DNA of 63,174 bases, filler included, from Intoshia linei (lineage: Eukaryota; Animalia; Orthonectida): the NCBI GenBank assembly GCA_001642005.1. It is 11 parts of 11 records of this genome, joined end to end, with 100 filler letters (N's around TTAATTAATTAA, not from the genome) between each part and the next. Parts side by side here need not be neighbours in the genome. Positions count along the whole stretch, not along the records: positions 24,527 to 35,775 come from LWCA01001187.1; positions 35,876 to 43,486 come from LWCA01001531.1; 9 more parts are not named here. The stretch is one strand, 5' to 3'. Positions 25,489 to 39,000 of the stretch are shown piece after piece (the first letter of the stretch is position 1; every line of letters starts with the position of its first letter). The position numbers and the translations under genes are program-made. The notes beneath the pieces were generated by a model. The model was not told the DNA's origin and ran no database searches. It saw only the letters and a list, made by a program, of their open reading frames with translations.

Positions 25489-28400
25489 ATGAAACTGATT
25501 TTATTTTTAAATTTAACACTAATAACACTGGTATGGAGCAAATACAGAATTATGAAATCTATAGTAGTAAAAAGAATGTAAAGTTTGGTATAAGTGCAAA
25601 TAATTTAGTTGACTCGTTCAGGTATGGTTATACCCAGATATGACACAAATCATTATATAAAGGATTCGTATAAAGATAAACGTCTTTTAAAGGTATATAC
25701 AATTTTAATGGTACAAAATTTGTACTATAAATGTCAATGTATACATATGTATTATGCTTCATGAATCAATTTAGATTGGTAAATTAAAAATGACGCACCT
25801 TGGAAAATTTTTGCAAACTCGTTATATAATTAGACATAAATTGATACGAAAATATTACGACAGGAGGGAGGTTTAAAAAAATTTTTTAAACGCATAATTA
25901 ATTAGATATATGTGAGAACTATGGATCAAGATTCTAAAATAGAGTCGTGTAATTTTATATTGCACTCTTTATACACGAATTGCACCATAAAGGAAAAGTG
26001 GACACCGATACCTGTACATATGACGGCTAGACGTAGAGACTATGTAATTTTTTTGAGCTTATCAGTTTATTTTTATATTAAAGCTACTCAATAATCTAAA
26101 GTCTTGTGATTCAGTACATGAACTCAAAAATCTGAAATCGAGTGTTACAAAGGAATTATTCAATAATAAAGAATTAGTGGTATAATTAACAATATTTTAA
26201 TTTACAATTATAGACTAATAGTCATTTTTCGGGTATATTAGATATCATACTAAAAGCATGCATGATTCATCTGATTTATATCGATTGTACAAAAAATTAA
26301 CGTTGATGGTATGATTTCTATCCGTATTTACATTATTTTACAAATAATGTAAAACTTAAATTAATTTCAATTATTTCTTAGAAACTGACTGGTAGTGCTT
26401 TACCACCGTGGGCTATACGGAATTATAATAAGACTCACAGTTTTTATGATGTTTTAAATAAATTATCCAAAATTTTCTACAATAAAAGATCAGAACGATT
26501 ACATAAAAATAATATAGCTGGAGGTAAATTCTTACTTACACCGTAAAATAATGGGAAAATAAGAACATGCAGTTAAATTTGTTATATTATTAAATTGCCT
26601 AAAATACGTGTATGTTAAAATAAAATATTATTCAAGTCATAAACGCATTACTGAACCCACAGTAACTCTCTTAATGGGGTTCGACGATATGTTTGTAAAA
26701 TGGGACATCATTTTTTTAAATTGAGAATGAAAAAAGTATATACTAGAATATCATAACTATTTTGTGTGTTAAATTTAAAATGTCAAGGCAAGAGCCGTTG
26801 AGAGTGTCTAGGTCTATATGACATTTCAATGTTCAAATAAACTAAAATAAAAGTAATAACGGTAAGATTACATAGGATTTATATTCCTAATTAAAGTTTT
26901 GAATTTTTGTGTCAATGTCAATAATATCAATAATTTGTGTTTGATAAGTTACGGTAATGGTCACGAAAGTGGTTTATATATTATGTACATTAAGATTTTT
27001 ATTTGAAAATTAATGTATAATTTATTGTTATTTATATTTAAAAATATTTTAGGTTATCTCGTAAATCATATCATTAAAGATTTTGACGATTTTATAAAAG
27101 AAAAAACTTCAATTAAACTCAGTATTTACGTTACGGTAATTTATTTATAATACACTGTGTAAAGTTTTTATACAATTGTGTAATTTGATAACCAACTTAT
27201 CTTTACTTATATAATATACTATGCAATATTTGTTTATGTGTGTATTACCGTTTATTTCAATAAATACTAGTCTTAGAATTTTATAAAGTCCACATTTCAA
27301 TTACAGTTTTTTCCGATGTTAGCAAAATAAATTTCATCCTACCAAACTCACCTATTACGGGTCGAAACCACAAATTACCCTTTTTTAATGAAAACAACCC
27401 TAGAATTAATTTACGGTCAAAAAAGAATTTTAGTATTCATATATTTTTTTTAAAATGTTTTATTAAAACAAAAAATGTGAAATAATTAACAGTCCGAAAA
27501 TTAAAAAAAAGAGATTATTCGGATAGAGCTTATTCCAGTTGATATAAATACAAAATTTCAACCCCAGAAATCTACCATTCATGGTCACAAATAATTTTTA
27601 ATATATTATCAACCATATATTTTTTAAATATTTCGAATTAATATAAACATTGAAAATATTGATCCTACAATTTCAAAAAAAATGTGCAGTGAACGTCTAC
27701 ACATTTCCAATTATAATAAAAAATCTATATAATTAATTCCTTCGGAATAGGTGTACAAATAATGTTATAATTGTAATCATGAAAAATATATGAAAAAACT
27801 ATAAAAAAAGAAATATGTGTCAAAAATTGTTATAAAAATAAAAATTTATATAACGCGGGCCGCATAATTGACACTCCTCTAGTAACTAGACAGAACAGAT
27901 TACTATTATCATTATAATTTTTTAGAATTTATCTACATTGTCATCAGTAGCAAATATGTTTAGAAGCAAATGGCCACCATCGTTTAATGGAAATATTGCT
28001 TTTGAGTTACTCAGAGAGATTAAAAATTCTCATTGGATTTCTAAAAAATATTATGTTCGTATCATTTACCAAAATTACGGGAGACGAAAATATTTGCTAC
28101 CAATGGGTAACTATAATACTTTTAAAAGTAGTTTATATTTATAATAAAGAAAACCCTTGGTCCAAATTCCAAAGTTATGAACATTGATGATAGTTAACGC
28201 TTTATTGTTTTATTTTTTAACAAACTCTATAAAAATTCACATATTTATGGAAATTTACGTAAAATTCACCTGCTTAGAAAATGTAAAACACACTATCAGT
28301 CACTCATACTAATAAGTTGATACAGTCATAATATTGATTTTACCAAAAAATTTAAAATTTAAATGCATATTTATTATTATACCGTTTAACATACCTAATA

Positions 28401-28560
28401 AATGTTAATACACATAATTGTTTAATAATATATATTAGGAATTGAAACGAATGAATTTTCTTTCAAAATTATGAAAAAGATCTTAAAGCCATATCTAATA
28501 CAAGACATAAATAGTGTTTGTACACAAAAAATGTACGGTAATTATACACATCTTTATTAA
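25489..28560 (+). CDS. Secreted histidine acid phosphatase-like protein, paralogue 1 (catalytic motifs degenerate)
   Basis: About 10 GT-AG exons: signal peptide MKLILFLNLTLITLVWS, then LTRSGMVIP, IGKLKMTHLGKFLQTRY, IYVRTMDQDSKIES, WTPIPVHMT, LPPWA, GGYLVNHII, KLSIYVT|NL, FELL...YYVRIIYQN. Collinear with the ACP2/ACPP family. Confidence 0.82.
27200..27882 (+). mobile_element. Helitron family A copy in an intron of the phosphatase-like gene
   Basis: 5' A|TCTTTACTTATATAATAT; the interior matches other family A copies. It possibly ends at the CTAG near 27879-27882. Confidence 0.6.
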
Positions 28561-28805
28561 AAACAAAATATAATTATAAATATAAAATTTAGTCTATATG
28601 CCATACAATACATTTTTAATAATAATTGTATTTATGTTTATTATAATATTCACGATTTTATCAAAATTGCTGTACAACCAAATTTATCAATAACATTGAA
28701 TGCGAAAATTAAATAAAAATTGCAAAACTTTTTATAAACATATTATACAAATGAAATGTGTGTACAAACAACATTGATAAATAATATATGATATATACTA
28801 TAATT

Positions 28806-29762
28806 TTAATTTTCTTCCAAATCTGTGCAGTCGCTAAGAATGGCATGGAAAAGTTCCTTATTAATATTATTAATCGGATGATTACAAATGTAGCATTTAT
28901 TATTAGCGATGGCATAGTCATAAATACACGAATAATGAAATACGTGTTTGCAAGAAATTAATCTTCCCACAATAAGAGCATAATGGTGAACTCCATAAGT
29001 TTTGCCACAAATTTTGCAATTTTCGGGTAAATTACCGATGGGTTTGTTTAATTTTGATTCTTGGTGGATTTGTGGAAGGTTTATATTTTTGGACAAATAA
29101 GGTGTATCAACGTTAATATAAAAAACACTATCCGAAGGTTTATATCTGTTAACTTTTGAATTATTCTTGTTGCCCATTCGACGGAAACTGTAAAATAATG
29201 ATTTTTTCCCATTATTATGTAAAAATTGATTACAATGTTCTTTAAGTTCTGGTAATATAGTTGTAATACTGTACCTTTTTTCTAGTGGTATTTCTTTTTT
29301 TTTAAAGTGTTTTTGAGATGAATAAATGTTTACTATATTTGATGTGTCAGATGATGTATTTGATAATCTTTTCCGTTTCAATTTTACAGAATTCGATTCA
29401 AATGACTTTGTTAAGGTAGTAATGGAAATTTGACTATCAAATTTCTTTGATAAACTTTCTGAGGATGGACTTTCATAGCCTCTGTTTACAATAGCGCCGG
29501 AATGCTTTTCTAGTTCATGTAATTTCCAAAGTTTTCTTTCAATCAACATTTGTTTCATCGTTATCGCTTTGATGTCATTTTCATTGAAATTTACAATTTT
29601 CCGACATAATGGGCATTGGTTTTTTCGTTCGAGCCAACTCCAAATACAATCAAAATCAAAGAAATGACCGCATGCGTTGATTATTCCAAGTCTTATTATT
29701 TGGGGGTTTCCAGAGTATTCTTCCATACATATTATACATTGAGAATCTGAAGAACCTGTCAT
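28806..29762 (-). CDS. Intronless protein with two RING-H2-type fingers (putative E3 ubiquitin ligase), ~318 aa from first ATG
   Basis: N-terminal CIIC...CGHFFDFDC...W...CPLCR and C-terminal CKIC...CKHVFHYSC...CYIC, separated by a Ser/Lys-rich linker. Confidence 0.85.
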   Translation of the reverse strand: MTGSSDSQCIICMEEYSGNPQIIRLGIINACGHFFDFDCIWSWLERKNQCPLCRKIVNFNENDIKAITMKQMLIERKLWKLHELEKHSGAIVNRGYESPSSESLSKKFDSQISITTLTKSFESNSVKLKRKRLSNTSSDTSNIVNIYSSQKHFKKKEIPLEKRYSITTILPELKEHCNQFLHNNGKKSLFYSFRRMGNKNNSKVNRYKPSDSVFYINVDTPYLSKNINLPQIHQESKLNKPIGNLPENCKICGKTYGVHHYALIVGRLISCKHVFHYSCIYDYAIANNKCYICNHPINNINKELFHAILSDCTDLEEN

Positions 29763-31679
29763 TTTTGATAGGTACACGTTGAGGTTATTTGAAATTTTAA
29801 TATCCAGACTGTTTTTTCGTTTTCTAAAATGTATTATTATTGTTATGACCAGTGTAAAGTAATTATTTAATGATTAATATAAAAATTAATTATGAATAAT
29901 TTTCAAATTTTCAAATTTTAAATGCCTATTCCATTTTATATACATTATTAATTTATGGGGTAAGTAACAACTTAACATCAGTGCACCCTCTAATTATATC
30001 AGATAGTAGAAAATGGAAGGATGGTAGATAGGGTGATCACTTTTGCATATTTTTTTAAAAGATCAAAAAGTATATCTCACCATCAAAATTATTGGTGATG
30101 GTGATCACTTTCCTGAAAAAATTATTCAAATCGGTTGAGTTTGGAAAACTTTTTAGGGAAAAATTTCTATGTTGAGTTGCCGGATCCATTAATTAATGGA
30201 ATTATCTATTAAAATTTTGAAATTAAAAAAAATAAATAAATTCAATAATAAAATCTTAATTAAAAATGCTACTCATTATTAACAATCATTTAAAGAAGTC
30301 ATTGCTAAAGTTGAATTTTACATTACGCTCTTTATGTTACGATCGGTGTAATTTCTGAAATAATCATATTGTTTTATAAATAATAAAAATATTTTAATTT
30401 TGTGGTCCTCTTCCCCAGTGCACACTGCACTCCTTATACAACCCTGGTCCATACAAAATGTATGATTTGATAAAATATTTTAATCATTTCATTACATACT
30501 CGTAAACATACATGTATGTAAAGTAATGCGTTTAATATACGTCGCATATCCTCAATGCTTAAAACGTTATATTACGTTATTAATTATAAAAAATGTAATT
30601 AAATTTTATCAATTCAATTTAAAATATAATCATAAATGTAATGTTGCATGTTGAATGAGAATTAAAAAAATTCAAGTAAATATAGATTGTCTTGGTTTAT
30701 TTAAAATTTCATCAAATATTTGTTACACTATTGATTTTAAAGGTACACCAGTAATTTTATGTATCAATTTGTTCCATTTTTAATTTAATGAATACAAATC
30801 TACTTATAAATAAATATTGTATATTTTTTAAAATCAAAATAAATAAAATATACTAAAAAAAGGATTTACATACAATTAACATAATAAAAAAAAATTAAGA
30901 TAAAAATCCAACTTTTGTATTCGTTAAAAGTGGATAAAAGAGTATACTATTCCTCTCTTTCCTTTATCCTTGTGAGTATTAAAATCAAAGCGGAATATTA
31001 TACAATAAACAAAAATTTTATCTCAAACTTTGAATAAAGGGTGCTGAAACGTTCCAGAAAATGCGTTCAGAGCAAACATTTACTCAAATGAGCGGTTAGA
31101 AAAGTTACAATATATTCAAAAATTAAAAAAAAATTTTTAGTAAACCCTTTTTTTCTGATTAAAACTAAAATTTAGTAGCTTAATTCCAAACAAAATAGAT
31201 TGGAAATAACCGCAGGGTTGACTGAATAATTTTTAGGTTTCTACAAATAAAATTATAATTTTAAAATTTTTTCAACATTGTCAAAAAATAAACACTATAA
31301 TAACGTGTATTTTAATTTTGTTTTTTGCTTCATCTGAAATATTGTTTCAATCTCAAAAACGATTGTTTCCAGTCTTTTGGTTTCCCCGATCACTTATTAT
31401 ACATTTATCAATGCCAATTTTCTACATTGTACAACTAATGATAATGTAAAATATTAAAAATATTTTAAACTGAACAATATAAACTGTTGTATCGATTTTT
31501 TTCAGAAAGTTAACATGTTAATCTTGTTGATAAAACAGTTTAATAAAGATAAAGGTGTAATTAAACTGTCTAATATTTGAATTAATTTCGTCAATCAAAA
31601 TTTTTAATCCGAATAGGATAATTATCAAATAATTATTTATTTGTTCATGTAAATTAAAATGAAAAAGATTAAAGTATAC

Positions 31680-32065
31680 CTCATTTCAATTAACTCATTT
31701 TTATCAAAATTTTGTAAAAATTTTTTTTTTAATTTGTTGTTTTTTTGGCCATGTTCTAAGATTATACATAAAAACAAAAACGTGATTATTACTACGTGAT
31801 CTTTCTAGCTCACTAATCGAAATATTGCTTCTATCTTGTTCTCTAAAAAGTATTAAATCTAAATTAAAAATAAAAATACAATATTTTGTAGAGGCAGCAA
31901 CAGAAAAACGCCATGTAGATAGCTGTTAATAGCAAAAAAGCTAAGTTTCATATATTAAAATATATGAATATTACCTATCAACAAATAAGCGTATACAGAC
32001 CCTTCCTCAAACCACGAATCCATGGTTCCATTTATATATTGTAGCGAATTTACGGTGGAACGCAT
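31680..32065 (-). CDS. Small single-pass membrane protein, unidentified
   Basis: Short GT-AG introns join MRSTVNSLQYINGTMDSWFEEGSVYAYLLI|AFLLLTAIYMAFFCCCLYKIL|EQDRSNISISELERS...: a hydrophobic span followed by CCC. The 3' end is uncertain. Confidence 0.4.
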
Positions 32066-32788
32066 GTTTACTCAATTTGAAACTCTTTAATGAAGACAAT
32101 TTCATTAATGGTCGTTTGACACAATAAAAATGCAGAATATTGCAGCATTAAGTACGTAATACACGTTTAATATATTGAAGATATTATTGTGTTTCCTAAT
32201 TAGTATCAACTTTAGTATAAATGCGACGTACTCCATATTCTGCTTTATAAATTTGGGACAGACAATTTGGAATCTATTGATTTTTATTCTCTAGTCTTGC
32301 TCTCATAGATATTGTACTGAAAAGAATAAATAATTCTTGCGTTTTGCCAGGAACATTTAGTTTGTACTAATTAGTAAAGCATAAATACAAAAGTATGAAT
32401 TAAATCATTTGGACAAATATAGTTTTCTAGGCCGTCAGACATATTCAACGTAAACGTTTGTAGGTGTATTAAAAATTTCAATGTAAGACATTGTCTAATT
32501 ATAATTCACCGATATAATTAGTAAATTCATTTTATAATTTGGTAATTTTGAAATTTAACGTGTATTAGTTAATTGAATGCAATTATATTGAATGTATAGT
32601 ACAATTTATTTGTATACTTATTCACAAATTAAATTAAACGTAATTGAAGTTAAACGATGAAATTATTTAATTTTATTATTACGATATTTTTTCCATAAAA
32701 TTATACTCAATATAATAAGCAAAATTCCAAATATAATTATAATAACTAAAATTAAAGTCACATAAGGATAGTCTAAATATAACAAAAT

Positions 32789-35471
32789 TTACAAAAAATT
32801 GAAAATATTACGGGAAAACGAATAGCCACATATTTTATTAATATCGCGAACTCGAAAATCTTCAACTGCAGTACGTAAGCAATCAAAACTAGGTACTTTA
32901 GGATCACATCCTAAAAAATTATGAAATATGGAAAATTATAAATACATAATTATATGTACATTGTACAGTATTCTCTATTTCTCGGCAATTTTGGTGAATT
33001 TCATAGTTTAGTTAAATAGGTAAAGAGTAACCATAGAAATAATAATACTACTAAATTTTAACTGTTGAAAGAAACTTTTCCAAAAAATGTATGATGGTTT
33101 AAAGTTCAAAGGATTGGCCAAAATATTGGGATGGAACGGGATAATTGTAGAAAGAATAGCGTGCATTGTTTAATGACGTATGAATTGATACCTTTTGGAG
33201 ATAAATAATATCTTTTGTTGTAATTATAATACATGATTCTTACGAAATAATCCTTCGTGATATTGTCATTTTTTTGGAGTAATTCAATAATAATATTTGC
33301 ATTATACGAAGGAATGATATAATTGTTAAAATATATTGCTAGGTAGAAAATGGTATTGTAACTCTAAAAAAATATAAAATATTTATATACATAAAAGTAA
33401 AATTAAAAACCTATAAATTAATCTCCACCGTGTATTCACTCAAATATAAAAAATGATACATTGTGATACATGTATGTATAATAATATTACATTTATGGTA
33501 AAATTTATCAAGTTATATCAAGCATACATAAAATTTTTTAAAAATTAAAATAATTATAAAATGAAATAAAATACAAATTAAAAATATTGCCTGTTATAAA
33601 TTTAAAGTTTAATGGCGCAAAAATATACATATATTCCAGGTTATTTATCAAGTAAAGTATTTTACATTTCTTATCTAAATGATTGGCGCAATTTTTTTGA
33701 CAGGTAATTTCATTCAATAAATATCATTATGCGTTATAAAAATTTGCATTTTATCATTTTTTTTGGTAAATAACTTTGGAAAAAACATTTGTAGTATATC
33801 TTGGATAAATTTAGATACATGTATTAACATTATAATTTGTAAATAATGTAGAGTATGTTATTTAAGTTGTAAGGATTTGTTTGTTACACTTTGATCAAAT
33901 TTTATGAAAGGTTACCCCACCATATAACTCCATCTTAGCACCTTGATTTTTATTGATAAAATTTTCAAAACTTTCTATAAAATGATGTAAAAGATAACCT
34001 AAAGCACAATTAAATCAACAAAATTAACGTATACCAGCAATAACATTATTAGATTTAGCCAAATTGATCTTTTCAGAATTGAAAACATGAACAAGATGAG
34101 CCAATATATCAAAATGAGTGTGTGTCATGTTATAATTTTTCATCAGTTTATCAGTCAATATTTCTCCAGTTAATTTCTAAAGATAATGAAATTTTATTTT
34201 ATGAAATATTTACCCATTTTTCCAAATCTTTGTAAAAATCATAAATATTTTGTAATGTAAATTTTTTTTTTGTTTGTAATGACACATAAATGAAAATTTT
34301 CTATTTTATGACATACAAACATATTTGTATTTTTATTTTACTTTATATTTTGTTTTTAGTTTTATTATTCTTTTGATAATATCAATATCAAGGTCACTGT
34401 AGCGGAGAGAGTAGCATGCTGACAATGTATTCAAAAGCTGAAAAATATTTTACATTTGTGTTTTGTAAGATTACATAATCCGTGCGAAGAGAGTAAGAAT
34501 GAATGGGTATCGGATTCAATACGTAATTGCTTTTTAAATCAATTGTCACGTTGGAATACATTGTTGCAACTATTAATTTTATTGCTACCATCGTTCTCCG
34601 TTTATTTTTACTTTGCACGCGTATCTAAAATTGATGAACATATTTTTAGCACAAACTTCTCGATGATTGTAGGTAGGTGATAGTAATTTTCGTTTTTCCA
34701 TGTAACGTTCCTTTAAAAAATGGCCAAAACTAATCATTTTTAATTTTCCAATCTAAAATTATGAAAGGTTTTAACTTGATTTTAACTTTTAGTAGGTCAT
34801 TATATTTTTTTTCTTTATTTTTTTTTATTTTCATATATTTTGTAGATTGATACATTCCTGGTTCTGTCAACTAAAATTAAAATATAATATTAAAAATTTG
34901 GTGAAGGGTGGACTAAAAATTATAATTAAAGATTTTTTAACGTATTTTAATTTACAAAAGATTTTTAAAGCGGATTTTAAAAGATCTGATACTTATGAAC
35001 GGCGTGAATTGTTGGCATACATCAGGGGTCGACAGCCAGTGGCCCACAGAATAATTTTGGTGGGGATTTGAGTAAATATGTACATTATTTATTTTGTCAA
35101 CTTTAAATTACCATTTTAAACATTTTCTACTATAATTGGCTCATTAAAATCATTTTATTACTGAATTTTTAGATCTTCCCAGATTTTGTTTTGTTGAATA
35201 TACTAGAAATTTTTCTTTTCATTTAAAATTTGAATCTATCATGTGTAAATTTTAAAAAATGGGGTCTACATAATTTTTTCATATAAAAAAGTGGACCACG
35301 AGATGAAAAAGGTTGCCGACCTCCAGTATACATGAATGTCATCAATATCATTTTATATATCAATATGTCACTTTATATATAAAAAATCACCACTATTGTT
35401 TTTAACACTCGATAAGTTGGTTCACCCAAAATAATAGGAAATAACATTAAAAAATATATAATTTTTTCCAT
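32789..35471 (-). CDS. Secreted histidine acid phosphatase-like protein, paralogue 2 (catalytic motifs degenerate)
   Basis: About 10 exons with intron positions matching paralogue 1: MEKIIYFLMLFPIILGEPTYRVLKTIV|LTEPGMYQS...|IGKLKMISFGHFLKERY...|IRVQSKNKRRTM...NPIPIHSYSLRTDY|...|KLTGEIL...NYNMTHTHFD...|GYLLHHFI...KMELYGG|SYNT...YFVRIMY|GCDP...C. Confidence 0.82.
35022..35324. mobile_element. hAT-type MITE in intron 1 of paralogue 2
   Basis: GCATACAT|CAGGGGTCGACAGCC...GGTTGCCGACCTCCA|GTATACAT: a near-perfect 8-bp TSD. Confidence 0.7.
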
Positions 35472-36031
35472 TTTTTGTTTATTTATTGCGCAAACATTCA
35501 ATTTGTTTTAGAGTCAATAAAGATATCGATTTGTCATATTTTATAATGCCAAAAAATACTATTAAACTAAGCTTTCTATCAGTAGCCCTACCTTTTAGTT
35601 ATAATTATATTGTTATACAAAAAATGACGACAACCAAAGTGAAAATGTGTTAACATTCCCATTTGACTATCTTTTACTTATATAAAATTAAATGTGTGTG
35701 TTACATAATAACACTGTACAGTAGGGTGTCCACTTTTTTAAAGATCAAAAAGTATATTTGCCTATAGATGTATTTNNNNNNNNNNNNNNNNNNNNNNNNN
35801 NNNNNNNNNNNNNNNNNNNTTAATTAATTAANNNNNNNNNNNNNNNNNNNNNNNNNNNNNNNNNNNNNNNNNNNNTTTGAATTTTGTTAAGATTTTGGAT
35901 TTTATGTCTGCTAATCAAAACGAAAACTTCTGGATCTTGTCCTATCAGAAATTCATAAATATTGAAATTATTTCCACCCTCATGTACAGTTTATGTTTCA
36001 TGATCTTATAAAACTAAAATTTCTATTATAG

Positions 36032-39000
36032 GAAATGCTCCTGAAAGTTGTCCTGTTGGTTATTTTTGCCCCGAAGGAGCTGATCCCGTTCCATGTCCTT
36101 TGTATACATATCGAAATGTTAATGGAGGAAAGACAGTAGATGATTGTTTTGCCTGTTTGGCTGGATTTTACTGTAACAAAGAAGGTATCCACAAATAAAA
36201 CTATAAATTATATATTAACCTGTGTTCTCAACCATCTTTTTTAAACAATTCAAAAGTACCCAGTGAGGAAAGATGAGGAAATTTTTATTGGGAAGATGTA
36301 TTATGGTATCATATGGTTTTGGGTGGGTAAAAGTGGAATTTTCACATAAAGGTTGGTAAAAGTAGATTTTTTCAATAAGGGTTGGTGAAAGTGGATTTTT
36401 TACTTAAGGTTTGGTAAAAGTAGATTTTTTCCATCAGGGTTGATGAAAGTAGATTTTATCCTTAAGACTTGGTAAAAGTTAATTTTTAAATGTTGGGTAT
36501 TGAAAAAAATTTAAAATTAAAGAAAATTGTTCATATTGCTTAAAGTTGCAAAATCACTATTTCAGTTATTATTCAGAATGAATGAAACTCCAAACACACA
36601 GTACCATAAACAGTAAGTCCCCATTTTTTTGAAATTGTAGGATTAAGATATAATTTTCGGAGACTAATATTTACTGTAATATTAAAGACTTTCAAGCGCG
36701 TTCAGACTATATTTTTTAATTTTTAGGTTTAATTTTATTTTTAAAACCCTTTTTAACCCTAAAAAACTAAATTTTGGAAAATGAAATTTACGATACTGCA
36801 TCACTTTTGAAAAACTGTATTAGAAATTGGGATTTTTTAAATTTTACCGGTTTTAACATATTTTAATTAAACTGTACAAATAAAAATTAAACACATACAG
36901 ATATTCAATTTGGTATAATAAATATTACTGCATTATATTAGGCTTGTCTGATATTTCCGCCAGTCTATGTCCAATCTGGCATTTTTGCAAGGAAGGTAAA
37001 AACAAGGAATTTTGCTTTCCCGGTACAATGAGATTAATACCTGGTGCCAAATCTGCTTCAGATTGTCAAAAATGCCAAGAAGGTAACTATTGTCCTACTA
37101 ATGGAACATCCGAAATAATTCCGTGCAAAGAGAAACAATCTTGCCCTGCTGGCACAGCTTCTCCACTTTGTTGTTCTCACGGTATGTTAATATAAAATAT
37201 TGTAGTTTATTAGATTTACATTTAATTTGCATGTAATGAAAGTTTTCTTCTTTTTTATAATTTTTTTTAAATTTTGTTTTATTAAAATTAATTTATATTA
37301 TAGGAAATTATTGTGGTAAACTTTCAAGCATGGGTAAACCTTGCCCAAGTGGGTTTTATTGTTCCCCGTGCAGTGGAATAGATCACACGGCATGCATTTA
37401 TCCATATGTCTGTGAAAGTGGTAGTATTACACCAAATTACTGTCCAATAGGAAAAATTGCTACAGCATCATCAAATCGTACCTCAATAAACATTTCTTGT
37501 GAACTATGCGGCGATGGTTCCTATTCAAACTTTGATCGGACAAAATGTCTGATGTGTCAAGCTGGTTATTATTGCAAAGGTGGAAAGAAACATGCTTGTC
37601 CGAGAGGATCCTACTGTCCGAAAGGCGTGATATCTCCACAAAAATGTTTGATCGGTTATTATGGTCCCAGAAAATATGCAAAATCAAACACTTCATGTAT
37701 ACAATGCATCGATAACTATTATTCAAACTCGGGAGCGATAACGTGCATTAGTTGCGGTAAATCAGCAGTTTCGAAAAAAGGCTCTGGTACATGTGAGTGT
37801 ATTGGAAAGAATCGTACATTTCGAAAGAGTGATGGTGAATGTGTATGCAAAGGTGGATACATCTTCTATGATGAATCTGACAAGAAAATGGAAAATAGTG
37901 ATTCAATCATAGATTGCCAAAGAATAACTGTAGAAACCTGCGGCACAGATGAATGTCGTTCTCCAAATACTATGAAATGCATAAGTACAGTATTTCAGGA
38001 TTGTTCCGATGTTTGTACTTCTACAAATGTTACGGCTCAGTTTGATGCAATTCAATGTCGTTGTATATGTTCTATTAATAACATAGACTGCAATAATTGC
38101 ACTACATATAATTCGGTTGTAAATACGTTCATCACCCTAAATGTTTCTGAAACTTTTCGAGCATTTCAACCTCAGCTAAATATTAATGAGAATGAATCAT
38201 CTTTTGTATATGATAAATTTGACATTTTCATGTCAAATTCAGATAAAAATGTTTATTCTCAAAAATCGAGTATATTACAGTTTTGTCTATTAACAGAAAG
38301 TAAATTTGGTTGTTTCAATATAAACTCATTTAACAATTTGACTCGATTACTCGATAAAAATTTGCAAATTTTTGATAACATTGTCTACAATCCAATCGTT
38401 TGTTTGAATGAAAACGAAGGAATCGTTTATTATTTGCATCGAAATAATACAGCCAATAAAAGTGATGTGCAATTTTATCCAATGTATAATCAAAACCATT
38501 TGTACAATACAAATGAAAATTTTGATTTTTATTCCTTCATTCAATTTTCTCAAATACTGACTGAAACTAAAAGTAATTTCAATACTTTAGTTTCAATGTT
38601 TAATAGTACTGGAATACATGTAGTTCAACATAGTAGCAATATTTACAGTCAAATTATTGTGGATGTAAAGACAAAAAATTCATGTACTCTTCCTCGAGTC
38701 AAACCTTTAAATTCGCAAACTTTATCTGAAGCTAAAATAAAACTAAAATCAATTGAGTTTGCTGAACCAGACTTTTTTTTAATTAAAGGAATGTTAATCT
38801 TTTTTGGTATTTTCATTCTTTTCACAATTTTCATTGTAATTGCAATTAACCCAAAATCTGCAAATATTTATTCGCTGAGACATTGGCTTCCAAAGTTCAA
38901 GGATTTAGGTTTTCCCGCTTCCAAATTGGTTAATACCAGATATGATAAAATTTTAAACATCAACACGTGCCATCATGTCGAACCAAATTTGCAATTGTTA

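Noticed and set aside
24527-25590. Alternative N-terminus for phosphatase paralogue 1 (exons 24527-24589 and 25431-25587, cystatin-like look)
   Set aside because: The ATG at 25489 gives a signal peptide and an exon boundary that match paralogue 2 (KYRIMKSIV| vs TYRVLKTIV|), which is a better model.
28806-29762. Idea that the double-RING gene supplies the RING missing from CNOT4
   Set aside because: Its fingers are RING-H2-like rather than the NOT4 C4C4 type, and it lies on a different contig.
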